The notes beneath the pieces were generated by a model. It was not told the origin of the DNA, made no database searches, and saw only the letters and a list, made by a program, of their open reading frames with translations. A program made the translations under genes and the position numbers. Positions 48,693 through 63,600 of a stretch of DNA of 64,000 nt are shown piece after piece. Source of the stretch: Lingula anatina (Eukaryota > Animalia > Brachiopoda); the NCBI GenBank assembly GCA_051362555.1, contig CM120640.1, positions 54,910,788 to 54,974,787 of the forward strand. Direction: 5' to 3'. Numbering within the stretch: position 1 is the stretch's first letter; the number at the start of each line of letters is the position of its first letter.

Positions 48693-51600
48693 TTACACTG
48701 CAGTCTCGTGATCTTCAGAAACAACCAGCTGAAAATGTTCCTGGCTCTCTAAGTAAGCAGCCAGCTCCATGTCTTCTGCTTTTAGAGCTTGTAACCTGGG
48801 AGTATTGCCCTGTAAGAGAACACAAGGAAGCACGGTTAACCATGTGCTATTACGAAAAGCATAAAAATAATGTACAGTTGTTAATACTGACATGCAAATG
48901 GCATTTAATTTTCAATCAACATGTACTATTAAAGATGCATACAAGGTCAATTTTTTGTCACAAAAACCAACCAAATGCCAGCATATAGTTTCAAGTAGTA
49001 TAACTAAGAGAATTACCAAAAGGCATTGTTTAATTTTACCCGAAAATGATGTTTGAACGGATTTTTCTGATGACATTCTAAGCTGTATGTCAATGGGGCA
49101 GGAAAGTAGGTCACGAAAGTAGGTTAAATTTACAACCAAAAATTTAAAGAAAGGAGCAGTCTAAAGGTCTTTTATGGCTGATCGAGTGATCTATTCAGTT
49201 TATCCCTTGGCATGTCGAATTTATTTGAGTCTAGTAGAAGTGGTTTACATGTGTTACTGGGAATCCACGCTCCACCGATGCTCGGTTCGTATGTACCTTT
49301 AATCACTTTATCTGAGATTGATCTTGTGTTTATTGTTACATTGGATTATGCAGTTCTGCATTTAAGTCTAAATTAGTCTGACTAGCACTTGAAAAACAGC
49401 CATCCTGAAATACACTGTAAGAAGACAACGGAGAGTAACAACCATGGGTGATTCAACTGACAAAAGGTAGCTTGTTCATATTAGGTAGGAATGCTCTAAG
49501 GGCATTAGAAGTGCTTATTGTCAACTTGCCAAGAGGTGCTATGTATTTGCAGATTGCTCGCATTCTGGAAATTACACTTTTAACAATAAGCTGAAAGTAG
49601 CTAATACTAATGCTGTGCATTTACTGGCTTGATTGCAATCTGAATCACCTCTTCCACCAAGATTGATCTAATTGACCCTTAATAAGTATTCACGCCAGAA
49701 AACCATGAGGTATTGTTGCTGACCTGGTAGTCCTTCTTAGTGAGTGATGCCCCTGCTGCCACCAACATACAGCAGATGGTGCGACGCTGATACCAGGCAG
49801 CCTTGTGGAGGGCCGTCTGGCCTCTGGAATAAAAAAGCATATCACATATTATAAAAATAATGCATCAATATGTCAACATTTACCAACTTTTTTCTATGCA
49901 ATGGGAGAATAATGGCACATACCTGGCAGGGTGAAAATATGTAGACAAGAATTACCCTGAGGACATTTCAAGTACACAAGTAAGTTTTCAGAGACTTATC
50001 GTAACAATTTTCTTGAATCTTGGTTTATAACTTAAATCCACATAAGTTTCAAATATGTATGACTTATGATAAAAAAAATTTTTCAGAAACTTACTTTTCT
50101 AGATCCACAATATCTAAAATGACAGGTGGTGCTGCAATATAAATAAAACCTTTAATTTGCCTGTAATTTCAACACAGTTGTATCCTTTATTTATTTATCT
50201 TTTTTTACATTGCAAAAATGTCTATAGAGACCATGTATTAGAAACTTATTTGAAAAGTACTCATCCATGCTCTGGATAAAACAATTACCATTGTAAAAAA
50301 ACAAGCCATGTTTATTTAGAATGCAACCTGAAGAAAATTAATCAGAAAATCCATAATCAAATTTTGTAATCCATTTCTTCATCTTACTTGTTCCTTTAAT
50401 ATTTTGCCTTCTGAAAAAAGAAAAGATTTAGAGATCACCTACCATTCTCTATGAGGAACTTGACAACCTCTTTATGCCCGAAACGTGATGCATGATGTAA
50501 TGCAGTCATGCCATACTGATCAGTTGCTAACAGGTTTGCACCTCCACGATGAAGCTCCATTATCTAGTTAAAAAAAAGCACAGCTTTCAATGATGGAATA
50601 ATTTTAACAGAGGTTGTTTACCTTGTTATAATTCTTATGTCTAATCAAGAAGTACTTTTACTTGGCCATTTTATGAGTACATAAATTAAATCATGACCAA
50701 GGTTTTAAACAGTCATGATATCCTTCTGATATGACACTTACCCTGACTAAATCTCCTCTTTTAGATGAATCTATCAGCACTGGAAAACAGAACAACATAC
50801 TTTTACACTATATATATATATATATATCCAAAACATCTTAAGAAATTGTAGTATATTACATGCGTACAATATGTAAATCTTCTTTTCATTGTGTTTTTAT
50901 ACTGTCATGCATAAAAAATATTCAGAACTAACCAAGTAACTGAAAGAACATAGAAAATTTCTGCACCTTTTACTGCCCTGCCTTCACACCTCTTAATGCA
51001 AGCCATATTTGAAATTAACTAATATATCTCTTGTGACTACAAAAATGCCAAATTTCTCAAATCTTTTTAAAATGTCCCAGCTCGTGTAGACAGATTTGTT
51101 AAACAACCTTTGCTGATCAGTTGGACCAGTTTTTCATGTTTTATTTATGTCAGTCAGGCATCAGCTTGAGTATGGAGCTATATATGACGTACCATACCAT
51201 GACAACAGCAGTCTTACATTTGGTCTAAAGGCATATGAATTCATTTATTTATTTATTTGATTGCTAATCAACCTTGGTGCTCTTTTCCTAATTTCAAAAT
51301 TAACATGAAAATAAGCTAAAATATATTACAGGATGGATATCCTCTTTTACAAAACGTCCTGTCAAAACAATGTCAAGACACCACGTGCAGCAATAATAAT
51401 AATTGACTGCATGACAGATGATTAACTTTTTAAAGGTCAAAATTAACAAATTAATTGGAATCAAATGTTATAATATGTGGCTGTGCATAATGTGGCCTTT
51501 CATACATGATAAAAGAGGTTGGACCACATACCTTTAAAAATACAAACAAATCCTGTATTATTTTTAAAATCACTTTTAGATCTTCATAAGGTCAGCATAC

Positions 51601-54600
51601 AGTCAAAATCATAACTTACCCTATAAATTGTGAAGGAATGAAGATATAAAAAAACAAATGGAGAAAAAACTCTACGTCTGCGGAGTTTCTTCTGTTCATC
51701 AAAATATACACAAAATCTGTCATCCTTCCTAACTTTTTTATTCACATAAAATAAGAGGATAACCTCAAAAGATAAAAGAACCCCATTAATGTATGTTACA
51801 ATGTAGATCCATTGATATGATATTTTCTTTTAAAAAGGCTTCACTTACTTTTATCTGTGGGCACTGTTACTGTCTGTTTTGTGGCTACTGGTATTGTCAG
51901 CGCAGCATCAGAAGTTACTGGAGCAACAGCCTGGAAGCTGGACTTTCTCTCTTCAGCACTGGAATTGGGGGTGCCTGGTTCAGAGCTGATATATATATAT
52001 ATATGAAAAAAAAAACAAGAACAGTCAATATACAAGACATCAAAAAGGATGCCTTCAAAATGAAAAACAATAACAGATTATTTTTTAAACCATCAATATC
52101 TTAACTCTTAAAATGTTGCTCAAAATACAGTCTCACTCTTTTCAAGTGTTGGTAAAATAGTTTCCAATAATTAAGTGCCATTCTCAGTTTATAGACAAAC
52201 ATTATGATATTCCCTTTAGATATCACATATCTAGAGAGCCATGGATGACAGAAGCACATTAAGAACTAAATGTTTTTGACATTTAAAAATGACACCACAA
52301 CGCCTGGAATATGACCAGAAATAGAGGTACACTGGTTAACATTCCATTCAATACATTAGTTGTCATATATATATATATATAAATGGTATGCGTGGTATGG
52401 GTAACCAGATTGCTCAACTATGCAGAGCATGTATACACAATTAAAAAATAAATAAATAAAAATAAATAAACACGAGACACACATGAGGTTCACATGTCTC
52501 ATGCTTATTTTTTTATCTATTTTTTTAATTGTGTATATATATGAAGATGGCTTTAGCATTAAAAACTGGCAACCATGCACCTTAGGCTGTGTTCACAATA
52601 GGAGTAACTTAAAACTGGATGCTACTCCTCTGGGACCTCCATTCCCTCCCAGTTTTCTAAAGCAGTCCTGTTGTGAACTTGCTGTAGGCTGATATGTAGA
52701 TGTAGCATTTATATACACTGGATTATACAATATATTACATTACTTTCTTACAATCTTTTTAAGGCCACTTGCATATCAGCTAAAACTGCCCGAGTATATG
52801 TAACAATTAAATAGACAGAACTGCACCAAAGATGATTACAGTTATCTAAAACCTGTTTATCTTAACCCCTAACAATAAACAGGAAAATAATGTGACATAC
52901 TGATACAGGTTACCATACATGTTTCAATATATAAATAATACACAGACATGAACCTAGACAATAAGTGACACATAAAATATCATTTCACATGCAACAGAAT
53001 GTCAGGGAGGTAATGGGAGGCAAGGACTGTACAGATCAGGGTTTCCACCAGATTTTCAACTTAGGAAATAACCCAACTTTAGTTACATGAAATTAGATGT
53101 CAGTCACTGTGTTTGGAAATGGGGCCCATTTCATTGTTTTGCCAAGAATCCCCTTGAAATCTTGCACTACTGGAAACCCTGCAGATATTAATATATAACT
53201 TAGAATACACATTGCAGGTGTTGTATAAATAATGACATTGGGTATCCTTAATATTAATACAACATCTTAAGGTTACAGTAACTATGTCATCAGCAGTCAT
53301 CATGCTGTGTCATGCATGTACAATGTATCACTACCGTCGTCTTTGCTGTATCTTGCTCATAAACTCTTTCAGGAATAACTCATTACTACTAACTGGAGTT
53401 ATGGGAGTGGTAGGGAAAGACCTATTGAACACAAAGTAATAAATAGCATTAAAAAAGCAAAAAATGTGCATTAATCATCATTCCAAAGTAACTAATGACA
53501 AAATGATAAGATTAAGAAAATAAGGTTGTTTTTGGTCATCCATGAAAAAAGCATTATTGTATGGTGACAATCTAAATTCCAACATGTGCATGCCTAAAAT
53601 AGTCCAAAACAAGAGTTGTCTGGTGCTTGTAAAAGTAACAAATGCAAATATTGCAATAATAAGCATTAACAGTGCCTGAAGTTTGACCTTTTATATGTGA
53701 GAAAAAGACTAATCTGACATGCAATAAATCTGTTCAGCTTTATTACCTTCATTTGTAAAATTTTACAAATGATTATAAGTAATAGGATAGTCACTGAATT
53801 TGTTTTTTTTTCACTTAGAAAGATGCTTTTCATATAAATAAAGAGGAATCTTTGTCCCATATTCAAAAACTTAGGATGCCTTTGTTCTACAAAACATATA
53901 ACACATGGATATATGATGTTTAAGATAATGAACAATACCAACTCACGAAATCTAATATGCATCACTATTAACACATCATTAAAGCCAAGGCTTTCAATTC
54001 TGTTCTAGGTTAGAATTGCAGTGAAAATTACATGCATTCATAAAAATGATAATTAGTATGTGATTAGTATTATGTGCTACATATACATATAACATGTACA
54101 TATGCCTCTGGTTAAAGGGTATACATTGTAAATTTAACTGATCCACACTAAGTTGCAAACAAAAGATGAGATTTTCCAACAATAGCATGAAGAAGAGCAA
54201 AAAAGCAGAAATAATAACAAAAGCACAACAAAATTAATTTTATGGCCATCAAGAATAAAAGGTCAAAAGCAACCCCCCCCCTCCCCCCCACCCACCCAAG
54301 TTATCACCTTTTTTACAGCGTATATCTTTTATAATTACAAGAAGATCTGTATAGGCCAAGTTAAAAAATCCTGTGAGGTAGATAAATGTACAATTATTGT
54401 AAATTGCTAAGCAATGCATGACCCTTACACCCAAATAATTTATCTTTGTATTTCCCTTTTTTAAAGTGATAGTACTGTTATCACTATTTCCCAACCTTCT
54501 TATTAAGGCTCCAGCTGCTGCGCCAGACTCCACTACATCATGCACTACGCCTGCTGAGATCTTACACAAGGCACAAACATCTAGATTGTAGAGTAAACTG

Positions 54601-57600
54601 AAAATACATAGACACAGCACACATCAGCAACACGGCACACAGGCCAAAATGACACCAATGACCCCCCCCCCCCCCAACCCATTACTGTGATCAAACATGG
54701 CAATGACTGAAACTGTCAGTGGATAGAAACAATGAAGGATAGATATCAAATGCCTGGAGTAAATTAAGCAAGGATTTTTAATATCACTTAAATTTGCATC
54801 AGATGTGATATTATGAACATAATTTAGATTAAATATTTCAGCTTGGTTTTTGAACAGTGAATGTGCAAGTGAGACAGGTATATGTAGTCATATTGAAAAG
54901 AAAGTCTATGTATTAAGTTTTGTGAAACCAAGTCTATTGGGTGCCTACAATGAGTACTAAAAAAGACATACAAATTGGGTTAATTTTTCTACATAATCCT
55001 AGACACAATTATCTAGGCAAACATTTGGAAAATAGTTGAGAAAACTACTGTCTATAAACCTGTTTTTACAGTCTATGCAATTCTTCATCAGTTTTCAGCT
55101 CCTTTGTGAGGATACTCAGCTCATTGCTATATATACATCTGATACTAATTGTATATCTTTAATAGATAAAAAACTACAAAGAACAGCAATAAACATGGTA
55201 ATGCTTTAAGGTTGATATGTTGCCAAAATGAAAATCTGGTATACCATATGCCTGAATTCCATCCCATAACATTTTATCTCAGAGCCCTTCCTCATTTAGG
55301 CAAAAAAAGGGGACCCAACCTGGGCCCATTAAGTTTCATTTCAAATGCTTCAAACATGGGTGCCCCACTCTTTATAGAATTCTGGATCTGCATGCATCCA
55401 GCAAGCTAAATCTACATGCTTAAGACATTACACTGGCACTTCACTAAACAACACATTATTTCAACAAAAAAGGCAACACATTTTTAACATCATCAAATCA
55501 ACACACCTTTGGTAATAAATTGTATTATGGTAGTGGGAATATTATTTGTTAACTATCAGTCTCACAACTTGTAGAAGGGACTGATGAGAATGGCAGCTGT
55601 TTGGCTACTTAATTACTATATTTAACATGTATTTCAAGCAGTACAGTAATTTATGTTGTTACTTAAGATCTTTTCATGTGGATCAGTATAATTTAGCAAT
55701 ACAGCTGTACTGGCACACTTAGAGAGATTGACAACTTAATAGCCTCGCTACTATGTAAGACAGTCACCAAAAAGCAAACTGGCACTCAAAAAAAAAAAAA
55801 TTATAATCACATGTTGGGACCTCTCAAAGCGTATTGGTAAAGCTGTAGTGCTAAAATGTACTGTTTGATGTGAAAAGGTCTAAAATAAGCAATAAGCTTC
55901 AGATTTTAACTGCAGGCAAGTTTTATAAGTGTCTTTTTCTCCATGTTGTAGCCTTTACTTCTACAATGACATCAAACACAGTATTGCACACAATTAATTG
56001 AAGCTCTTTCATTTGGAATGATATCCCTTTGCCTGGTTTTGCAGTTCCAACCTGTCATCTGGGCAAAATAAAAAGACTCAAACAAGATATGCCTAATGGC
56101 AGTTTATGGAGTGGAGTGTTCATCATGAGAGACCAAAAGGTCAACTGATTTATAACACAGGCAACAGGCTGCAAATGCCAACCATTTAACACTATACATA
56201 AGTTATTCTATCTTGGTAATTGGAATTGCAAAGTAAGTAACGCAAAGCATATTCTAAAACTAAAAACACACAAAATGCATTATATTGGCATTTGAAAAAA
56301 ACACACACAATAATGAAAAAAATCAAACTCCAACCTGTTACTAGATGTGGGGGAATGGGGCAGGAGGGAATTGTCTCGGCTTTCTGGTCCAAGCATACAG
56401 CTTTATGAAAGAAAAACAAAAACTCTACAACTAGGCTTACTATGAACAATGAATTCTTATAAGCTTTGCACTTAACCTATAATAAAAACAACATGACTAG
56501 ATTTTAAAAAGCACATATACAACAGAATCACCACCAGAATTATAACTAAAATTACCATATATGACAATTTGAAATCGCTTACAAACAAAAGCCTATAATG
56601 CTAAATCCTATGAAAAAAAAAAAAACATTCTGGTTTCTCTGTATTCTTGCCACAGGCATTTTACTAACTAACATAGAAGTGTTTTTATGGTCCAAAAAGT
56701 GCTGAATCGATGTCTTTGTAAAATTGGAGATGTGTAGAAACACTGTCAGTTTCAGAATGTCATTCATTAAATGAATTTTGACAATACAGATAGAATTAAT
56801 CAATGAAATAAGTAGTGACCTATGATACACATGAATGTTGTTCTCTCAATACCCCCCCCCCCCCCCCCCAAGTCCCAGAAAATCAAACAACTACTTTTTT
56901 AAAGTTAAAAGCTAACTTTTAAGCCCTTGTTTTTCTGCTAATTTAGTCAGGCTAGTTAAGACCAGGTACAACTGCTTTGTAATGGGAAGAATCTATCTTG
57001 TCAATGTAAGAAAAAAATCTTTTCTCTACTTAAATAACACATAAGGATTTATTTGAAAAAATTATCTTTAACTGAAAAGCACAATAGACATATCAGGCAA
57101 AGAGACTGAAAGTATCACATATCATCAATTACAAATTATGTGTCTGCAAAGCAGTCAGCTAATTCTGTCCTTCCCTTTCTAGGTACACAAAATAATTCCA
57201 TACATCTAGACATGTGTATATTAAAAAATTGCCTTTTAAAGCAGTTCCATGCGTGTTCTCTAATTGTTCAGTGCAGATACCTACCCTGGTGACCTGGGAG
57301 GAGTGACTGGCATACTGAACACAAGGTTAAGATGGTCTAACTTGCCCTCTGCAGCACCATCTGGGACATCCGTGACTGCTGCTTCGTAACCTTTCTCTCT
57401 GCTTGCCACCATCTGCCAAGGGCTGTCCTGTGGATTCAAGCCACTAGGCACAAGCAGATCAGGGTCCAGGATGTACAGATCCTCCGAGGAAATGTCCGTG
57501 ATGTAATGCAAATGTTCCTGCGAGCGATCAATTCGAAAGAAACGTTCTGCTGTCGTTGCTGGGTTGAAAAAGATAATTTCAGCTTATTAGTATAAGCACC

Positions 57601-60600
57601 GTAAAGAAAAAAAGTCTATAAATTAATTTTATCATTTATAACTGTTTCAATAAAAGTGAAGCATACAAATGCTTGGTTACTTACAATCTAGAAAGCACCA
57701 GTTTGGGGATAGTTTCTGAGTAATGGCAGAGTTCGACACTCCAAGGTTGTCCTGAAATGGCATGTACTTATCATCCTTATTCAAAAAATGGCAAATAATC
57801 ATCACTGTTAAATTGACATTACTATGTGTTTCTCATTTTCGTTTAAAAATATTGTTTAAATTAATCAAAGTTTATCAGAAACTTGTCTCTTATTGTTAAT
57901 TTACAAGAACCAGATGGACTACTTTAAATACACTGAAATAACATCAATGAAAGAAATTACTAACACAGTTATTTTTCAAAAACTTGATTATAAAATGAAT
58001 GAGAAATACCTCTTGCAAATGATTAATTCGATTCCTAACAACTTCAAGATCTGAATCATTCTCTACAACAATTATTCCTAATGGAATGGCTGGAACAATA
58101 AACACATAAAAACATCAGTATATAAAAGTTCAAATACCAGTCATGTTGAATTCTTAAACTTTTTAGCAAAACCATAAATTTCATAGCAACAAGTTTAAGG
58201 TTTTACTTCCATTCACAGTGACCCCATGAGCTAAATGACAGGATTGAGGACTATAAGAATTGTCCTGTTTCACATTTACATTACATCCAACCATTTTACT
58301 CACATGCAGCCTTGAGTTTTTCTTTATCATAATGAAGAGCCTCATAGTCGGCCATACTTATGCGGCTGGCCTGCAGACGCAATCTTTGGGCAGAAGGAGG
58401 ACTGAAAATGGCAAGGCCAGGACTAGCAAAGGGATCAATGAAAAATGATTAGTATCATTCCATGACAATTTTGGCTGTGCATTCAATCCTTAGGTCCATG
58501 CATCTCAAAACAAAAAAAAATGTGGGTGGGGCATTAGGTACAAAGGAAGGCAGTGAGGTAGAAGGGAAGGAGGGGGTGAGGTGGATGGGTGTGTGTGTGT
58601 GGGGGGGGGGGGGGGGGGATGGTAGCGTTGTCAAATACCAGGGCCCAGTTGCACCAACGTGTCATAACTCAGGAGAAGCAGTTGCGCCCGAGTAACTCTA
58701 GTGCAAAATGATATGCCTAAGCAAAGTCTGTTGCACCAAAATGGAGTTGCGTTTAGTCTTAACTTAGTCGTAATTTAATGCCTGTCATGTAGATGGTGTA
58801 TGTCAGTCATAGCATGTTTTCCACTATGGCTAAGCTGGCACACAGAGTTTGATAACAATTATCGTACTTAACATGGAAAATGTGTTATGAATTGTTTGTT
58901 TCTTCCACTAAGTATCTGTCTGTATTATTGAGCAGCGGCTTCGTTTTTAAAACACTAAAACATAATTATATGCTATCTGTATGTTGCAAAAAAGTGATTC
59001 CTAATCATATTGTTCATGAAGCCTACTTATTGTACATTTTATGTTTGTTGAATTGAGATGAGGAAATTGTGAACTAATATCAATAATGTTAACCAATGCT
59101 AATGTAAAATCCGTTCATAAGGTATTAGTGTGTAGCCGTGTATATGTTCAAGTTAAATCTTGACACAAGATAGATTAAAAGGTGTTGGCTCTAAGCAGTT
59201 AGGTTTCTACATTTATCTTTATAATTTTCTAATAACCATAGCTTTTATTATTTTTTCTTTTGATTTTATATTAATCATATTACACATGATGTACAGTAAA
59301 CATAGAGATGAAAGTTTTGAATATCAACACATTTATGCCCATCTGTATTAGGGCTTTTGTATTTCAAAACTACAAGATGTAAGCCCACTTAATGCAAGTC
59401 ATATCACATGGTAGTCAACTATATATAAGTAGGTCATGAAAATGTTGCCACTGTTGTAAAATTATTTAAAAAAAAAAACAATATTGGCCTTAAATGTGCA
59501 ATTTAGGCATTATTTTCAGAGTCAAAATTTTGAAAAAAAATACGAACTTGTTGAAATCCATTAATTGTTCTGCCTCCAACGCGTTTTACTAATTTTAACA
59601 GGCATAAAATAATGTTTTGACATTTCTTGATACAATTTAATTTGGAAAACATTTCTTAAAAGAACATAGGATGTTGATTTTGTTGCGATATATCTCAGGC
59701 AACAGCAAAGTTAACTTATTTTAATGTTTTAATTCTTAAATCAAAACAGAATAATGGGCCTTGTGAATCTCTCCGCCACCACTGAAATTCACATTTCATG
59801 TCTTTTTGTATGTCCTTATTCTATTATGACTGCAGCTGCAATCTCCTCATTTGCCCTGTTATACCATTCATGCATTGTTGGATAGTGATCCAGTGAAGCG
59901 TTACTTGGTTGTAAGTAAGAGGGTCATGTTTCTATTGGTGCAGGGAGAGTAAACCTGGCACACAGACACCAGGCATTGCAGTTTATGACAGTTGTATCCA
60001 AGCAATTTAATGCTCCATTGGTGCAACTGGGCCCAGGAGAATAACTAAAATCTCTAAAATAACTTGGCAAAAGCATTCATGAAACACTGGAAATGCAGGC
60101 AAAACTGTTACATTTAGAAAAAGAATACTGTGGTAAAGTAGCACGTTACATTTTACAAAAAAAAAAAAAAACCCCCGCAGAATGTCGAAAAATTTCAAGA
60201 CAAACAATCTAGTAACAATATTGCAATTTTAAATTTACTCAAAAAAGTTTAGACATGTGCAGTATGACCGCTCAAACAATGAGTGAATTAAACACTGTGT
60301 TGATTTTTAGAGGCCTTATCAAGTATAAATGCATAGCAAGAGTTGTAAAAGCACGAGAATTACACATCTGTAAATGACTGGATATCATTAAAACAATCTG
60401 TCATTCCTCAAATTTCTAGTAGAAAAACGTGATTTGTTACATGACAGAAAACCTCTGTTACAGTAATACATAAATCTGATTTATCAGTATGGGAAAATAC
60501 TACTAAGATACTTGTGCAGTGCTTTAAAAGAAGCAGTTGAATGCTAATGTATGGGGAGAGGAAATGGCACAAAATTTAGAAAAGCATTGTACAGGATTAG

Positions 60601-63600
60601 CAAGATGACATGCACATTATACACATCCAAAATGTCCACAGGAATGATACTACACACAATAGTCATGGAGAAGACTTACAGCACAGTGCGTACAACAGGC
60701 ATGCAATAAAAATCTGCTAGTTTTTGTATTTTTTATCAAAATATTACTCATGTCTTTATGATATACATATGATCCAACAGAAAGTAAATGAAGAACAAGA
60801 GCTTCTTAAAAGTTATACACAAATTCATAAGACATTTTCAGGAAGTATTATTTCTCTTACAAATGTGTCCATTTTTATTCACATTTCATAAAAAAATGCA
60901 ATTCTAATTTTCTTAATCCAAATAAATTATCTGAAGCCTATGGCAACACCAAACTTTAAAACTACATACTCATTCAGGATAGGCACTGATCCTCTTCGTT
61001 TGGGCTTCTGTATCATATTTGCTTGGTTACGGAGGGAGATTTCTATCACTGAGGGCAGCAGACGGCACGGTTCACCGTCCACTTGCATAGGAATGGTTTT
61101 ATAGGTAGTGAGGTGGACTTCCTTGCACTGAGCTATGCGCTCACCATGTCCACCCACTTGTAGTGCAGCCTGCAAATAAATAAGATCATAGAAATCATTC
61201 ATGTTCATCAGATCATGTTTGAGATAATACACATATTCAATAAACACTATACATTTGCAAAATATTTTAACTTCTTTGATATACAATCAAGGACTTTTTT
61301 ACTTCTGATCTATTTGACTACCACTCAATGTGTGCAAAAGAGTGCATATGCTGACATGCACTGCTGCAAAAACATTTTTTCAATTACCAAAGAGGCTGTT
61401 GTAAAACCTATCACTTCTAAGTAACCATCATCATGTCTTTGGGGATCAAATGTTGAACCCGAACTTCCCCATGGACTCGTGCCAGCACCATATTTAGGGA
61501 TGTTCAGGAATAAAAGGCAATGAAGTCTCATCTCTTTGATCTTTGAAGTCAGATCAATACCATCTCCCTAGAATATAAAATTATTCAACATGTAGAATTT
61601 TTTAAAAGGACATTTAGGAAAAAAAACTTGTGTTTTATCCTTTCTTAAATGACCCAATATTTAATGAGAGGGACAGAATGAGATATTGCATTGTATCTTC
61701 CATATTTTGATTTAATGAACAAATGAAATAACTCATCCCTAACTTTTTAGGCAAAGTGACAATGCAAGAAATTCAAGTTATTGTTCACTCAGTTAAAGAC
61801 ACTAAGTGAAAATGTGGTACTTAAAATATATATTTAATGATATTTAAAGTGTAGTTTTAAACTTACTAAAGTTGGTCAATAAGTATTAGAGACATGTTGC
61901 CAACTCCAAAAGCTGTGCCAAAATTCTATTCATGGACTCTTCAAAACCACTTGAGAGATATTTTCAAAATATATATGATTAATACAAATATCTTTTTGCT
62001 TATAAAAATAAAATTCTTCCTACCTACTCAATAAATAATATGATAATAACAATTATTCTGCCTACCTCAACTTTAACATGTTCAGCTAAATCCTTCCAGC
62101 TTCTTCTCAATAGGTCCCTACCACCAGCCTGCAACAAAATGTAGGGTATTATAAGTTATAAATTTCCTTTTATTTCAACTTAAAATATAATTTTGTCCTC
62201 CCTTTTATTTCATAAAATAGGTAAAAGTATAAAATTTTGGCACAATTTTCACTTGGACTCTAAAAAGGAACAGATATCAAAGACTTCTCTTTTCAAATCT
62301 GTTTTAACATACACAAATACACATATTAAAATACACAAATCTACTTCACTTACTCCTGCATAGAACATCTTATTTTTGAACCTATTGTTGAATTTTTCAG
62401 GGTTTGCTTCTGAAAGGTAAAAAAATGTAAATATAATCCTCAAAATAATAAACTGCTTTATGATTTTTTCAATCTTTAAAACAAAAAGGACACATGATTT
62501 ACCAGCCAGTATAGACACAAACACTGAAGAAGACGCATCTCAAATATTCTGTGCAAAACTTGCTGTAAGGTAAGAGTACCATAAGAAATATAATCCATCA
62601 CTTCTTGACTTTAACACAAAAATGATTTTTGCACAGCAAGATTTTTAATGAAAGTAAATCAATCTTAAATGACAGGTTTGTTGAACTTTTCTCCTTCAAC
62701 CAGTTTTTTTAAGAAAAGTACTGACCTCTGCTTTCATGGAATTCTAAGGCCACATGTGCATCTGCTCCTAGACTAAAATAACTATTCATGACATCAAGAG
62801 GGAGGGTGGGCTCCCCCTTCTCCTCTTTCTCATCCAGTGTATCTACTGGCTCTGACACAGCAAGATTTTGCACCTTAAGATTCCACCTAGCAATCCAGGA
62901 CAAAATCTAGTTATTACATGACAAAACTGTTCTGAATCTACATCTAAATTTTGAGTAAAAATAAACTAGTACAGAAAAGAAATGGCTTTTATTCCTTAGA
63001 ATATCACTATAAACTTTCCCACTTAATATATAAGAAGCAACTTAATTAAATTCCTCTAGTTAAAAGTAACTTATGTTTAACTCAAGTTTGATTATTCAGA
63101 TTTTTGATACTAAATAGATAAAATAATATCTCTGGTCAATATAAATGCCAATTAAAAAAAAGAAAGTCAAAGCTCAAAGCTGGGAAAAAAAGTAAAGCAT
63201 GTTCTTCACTGACCTGTCCAGCTCCACCACCTGTCCCTCTTCCACAGCAGACAATATCTTGGACAGGGGCTCATCTGTATAACCCTGAAAAACCAATGAA
63301 ATCATCTTCATGCTTAAGTTCACAATAAAGCAGCATTTATGAAAATGAATTTTATGCATAAAACTCCAAAAAACAAATATAACAATCTGATTTAAAATCC
63401 CACTACAAACTTCAAACGTAAAACAACTTTGTCTGATTTAGAGTTCAATCTAATTCCAACACTTACTCCACCCCAGCCCAGTGTTCTAGCCAAGTCATTT
63501 CCTGTACCCAGGGGTAGTATTGCAACTGGTGGAAGGGGGTTAATACCCAGGGTGTCCAGAGCTGAGAGAACCCAACCTGCTGTGCCGTCACCGCCACAAG

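Noticed and set aside
49335-49415. Alternative terminal DGK exon lacking the PDZ ligand
   Set aside because: Two tandem acceptors give only short unconserved peptides, and nothing in the sequence supports their use.
52583-52718. GC-richer segment in a DGK intron as an internal coding exon
   Set aside because: The plausible acceptors I tried in the required phase hit a stop before the donor.
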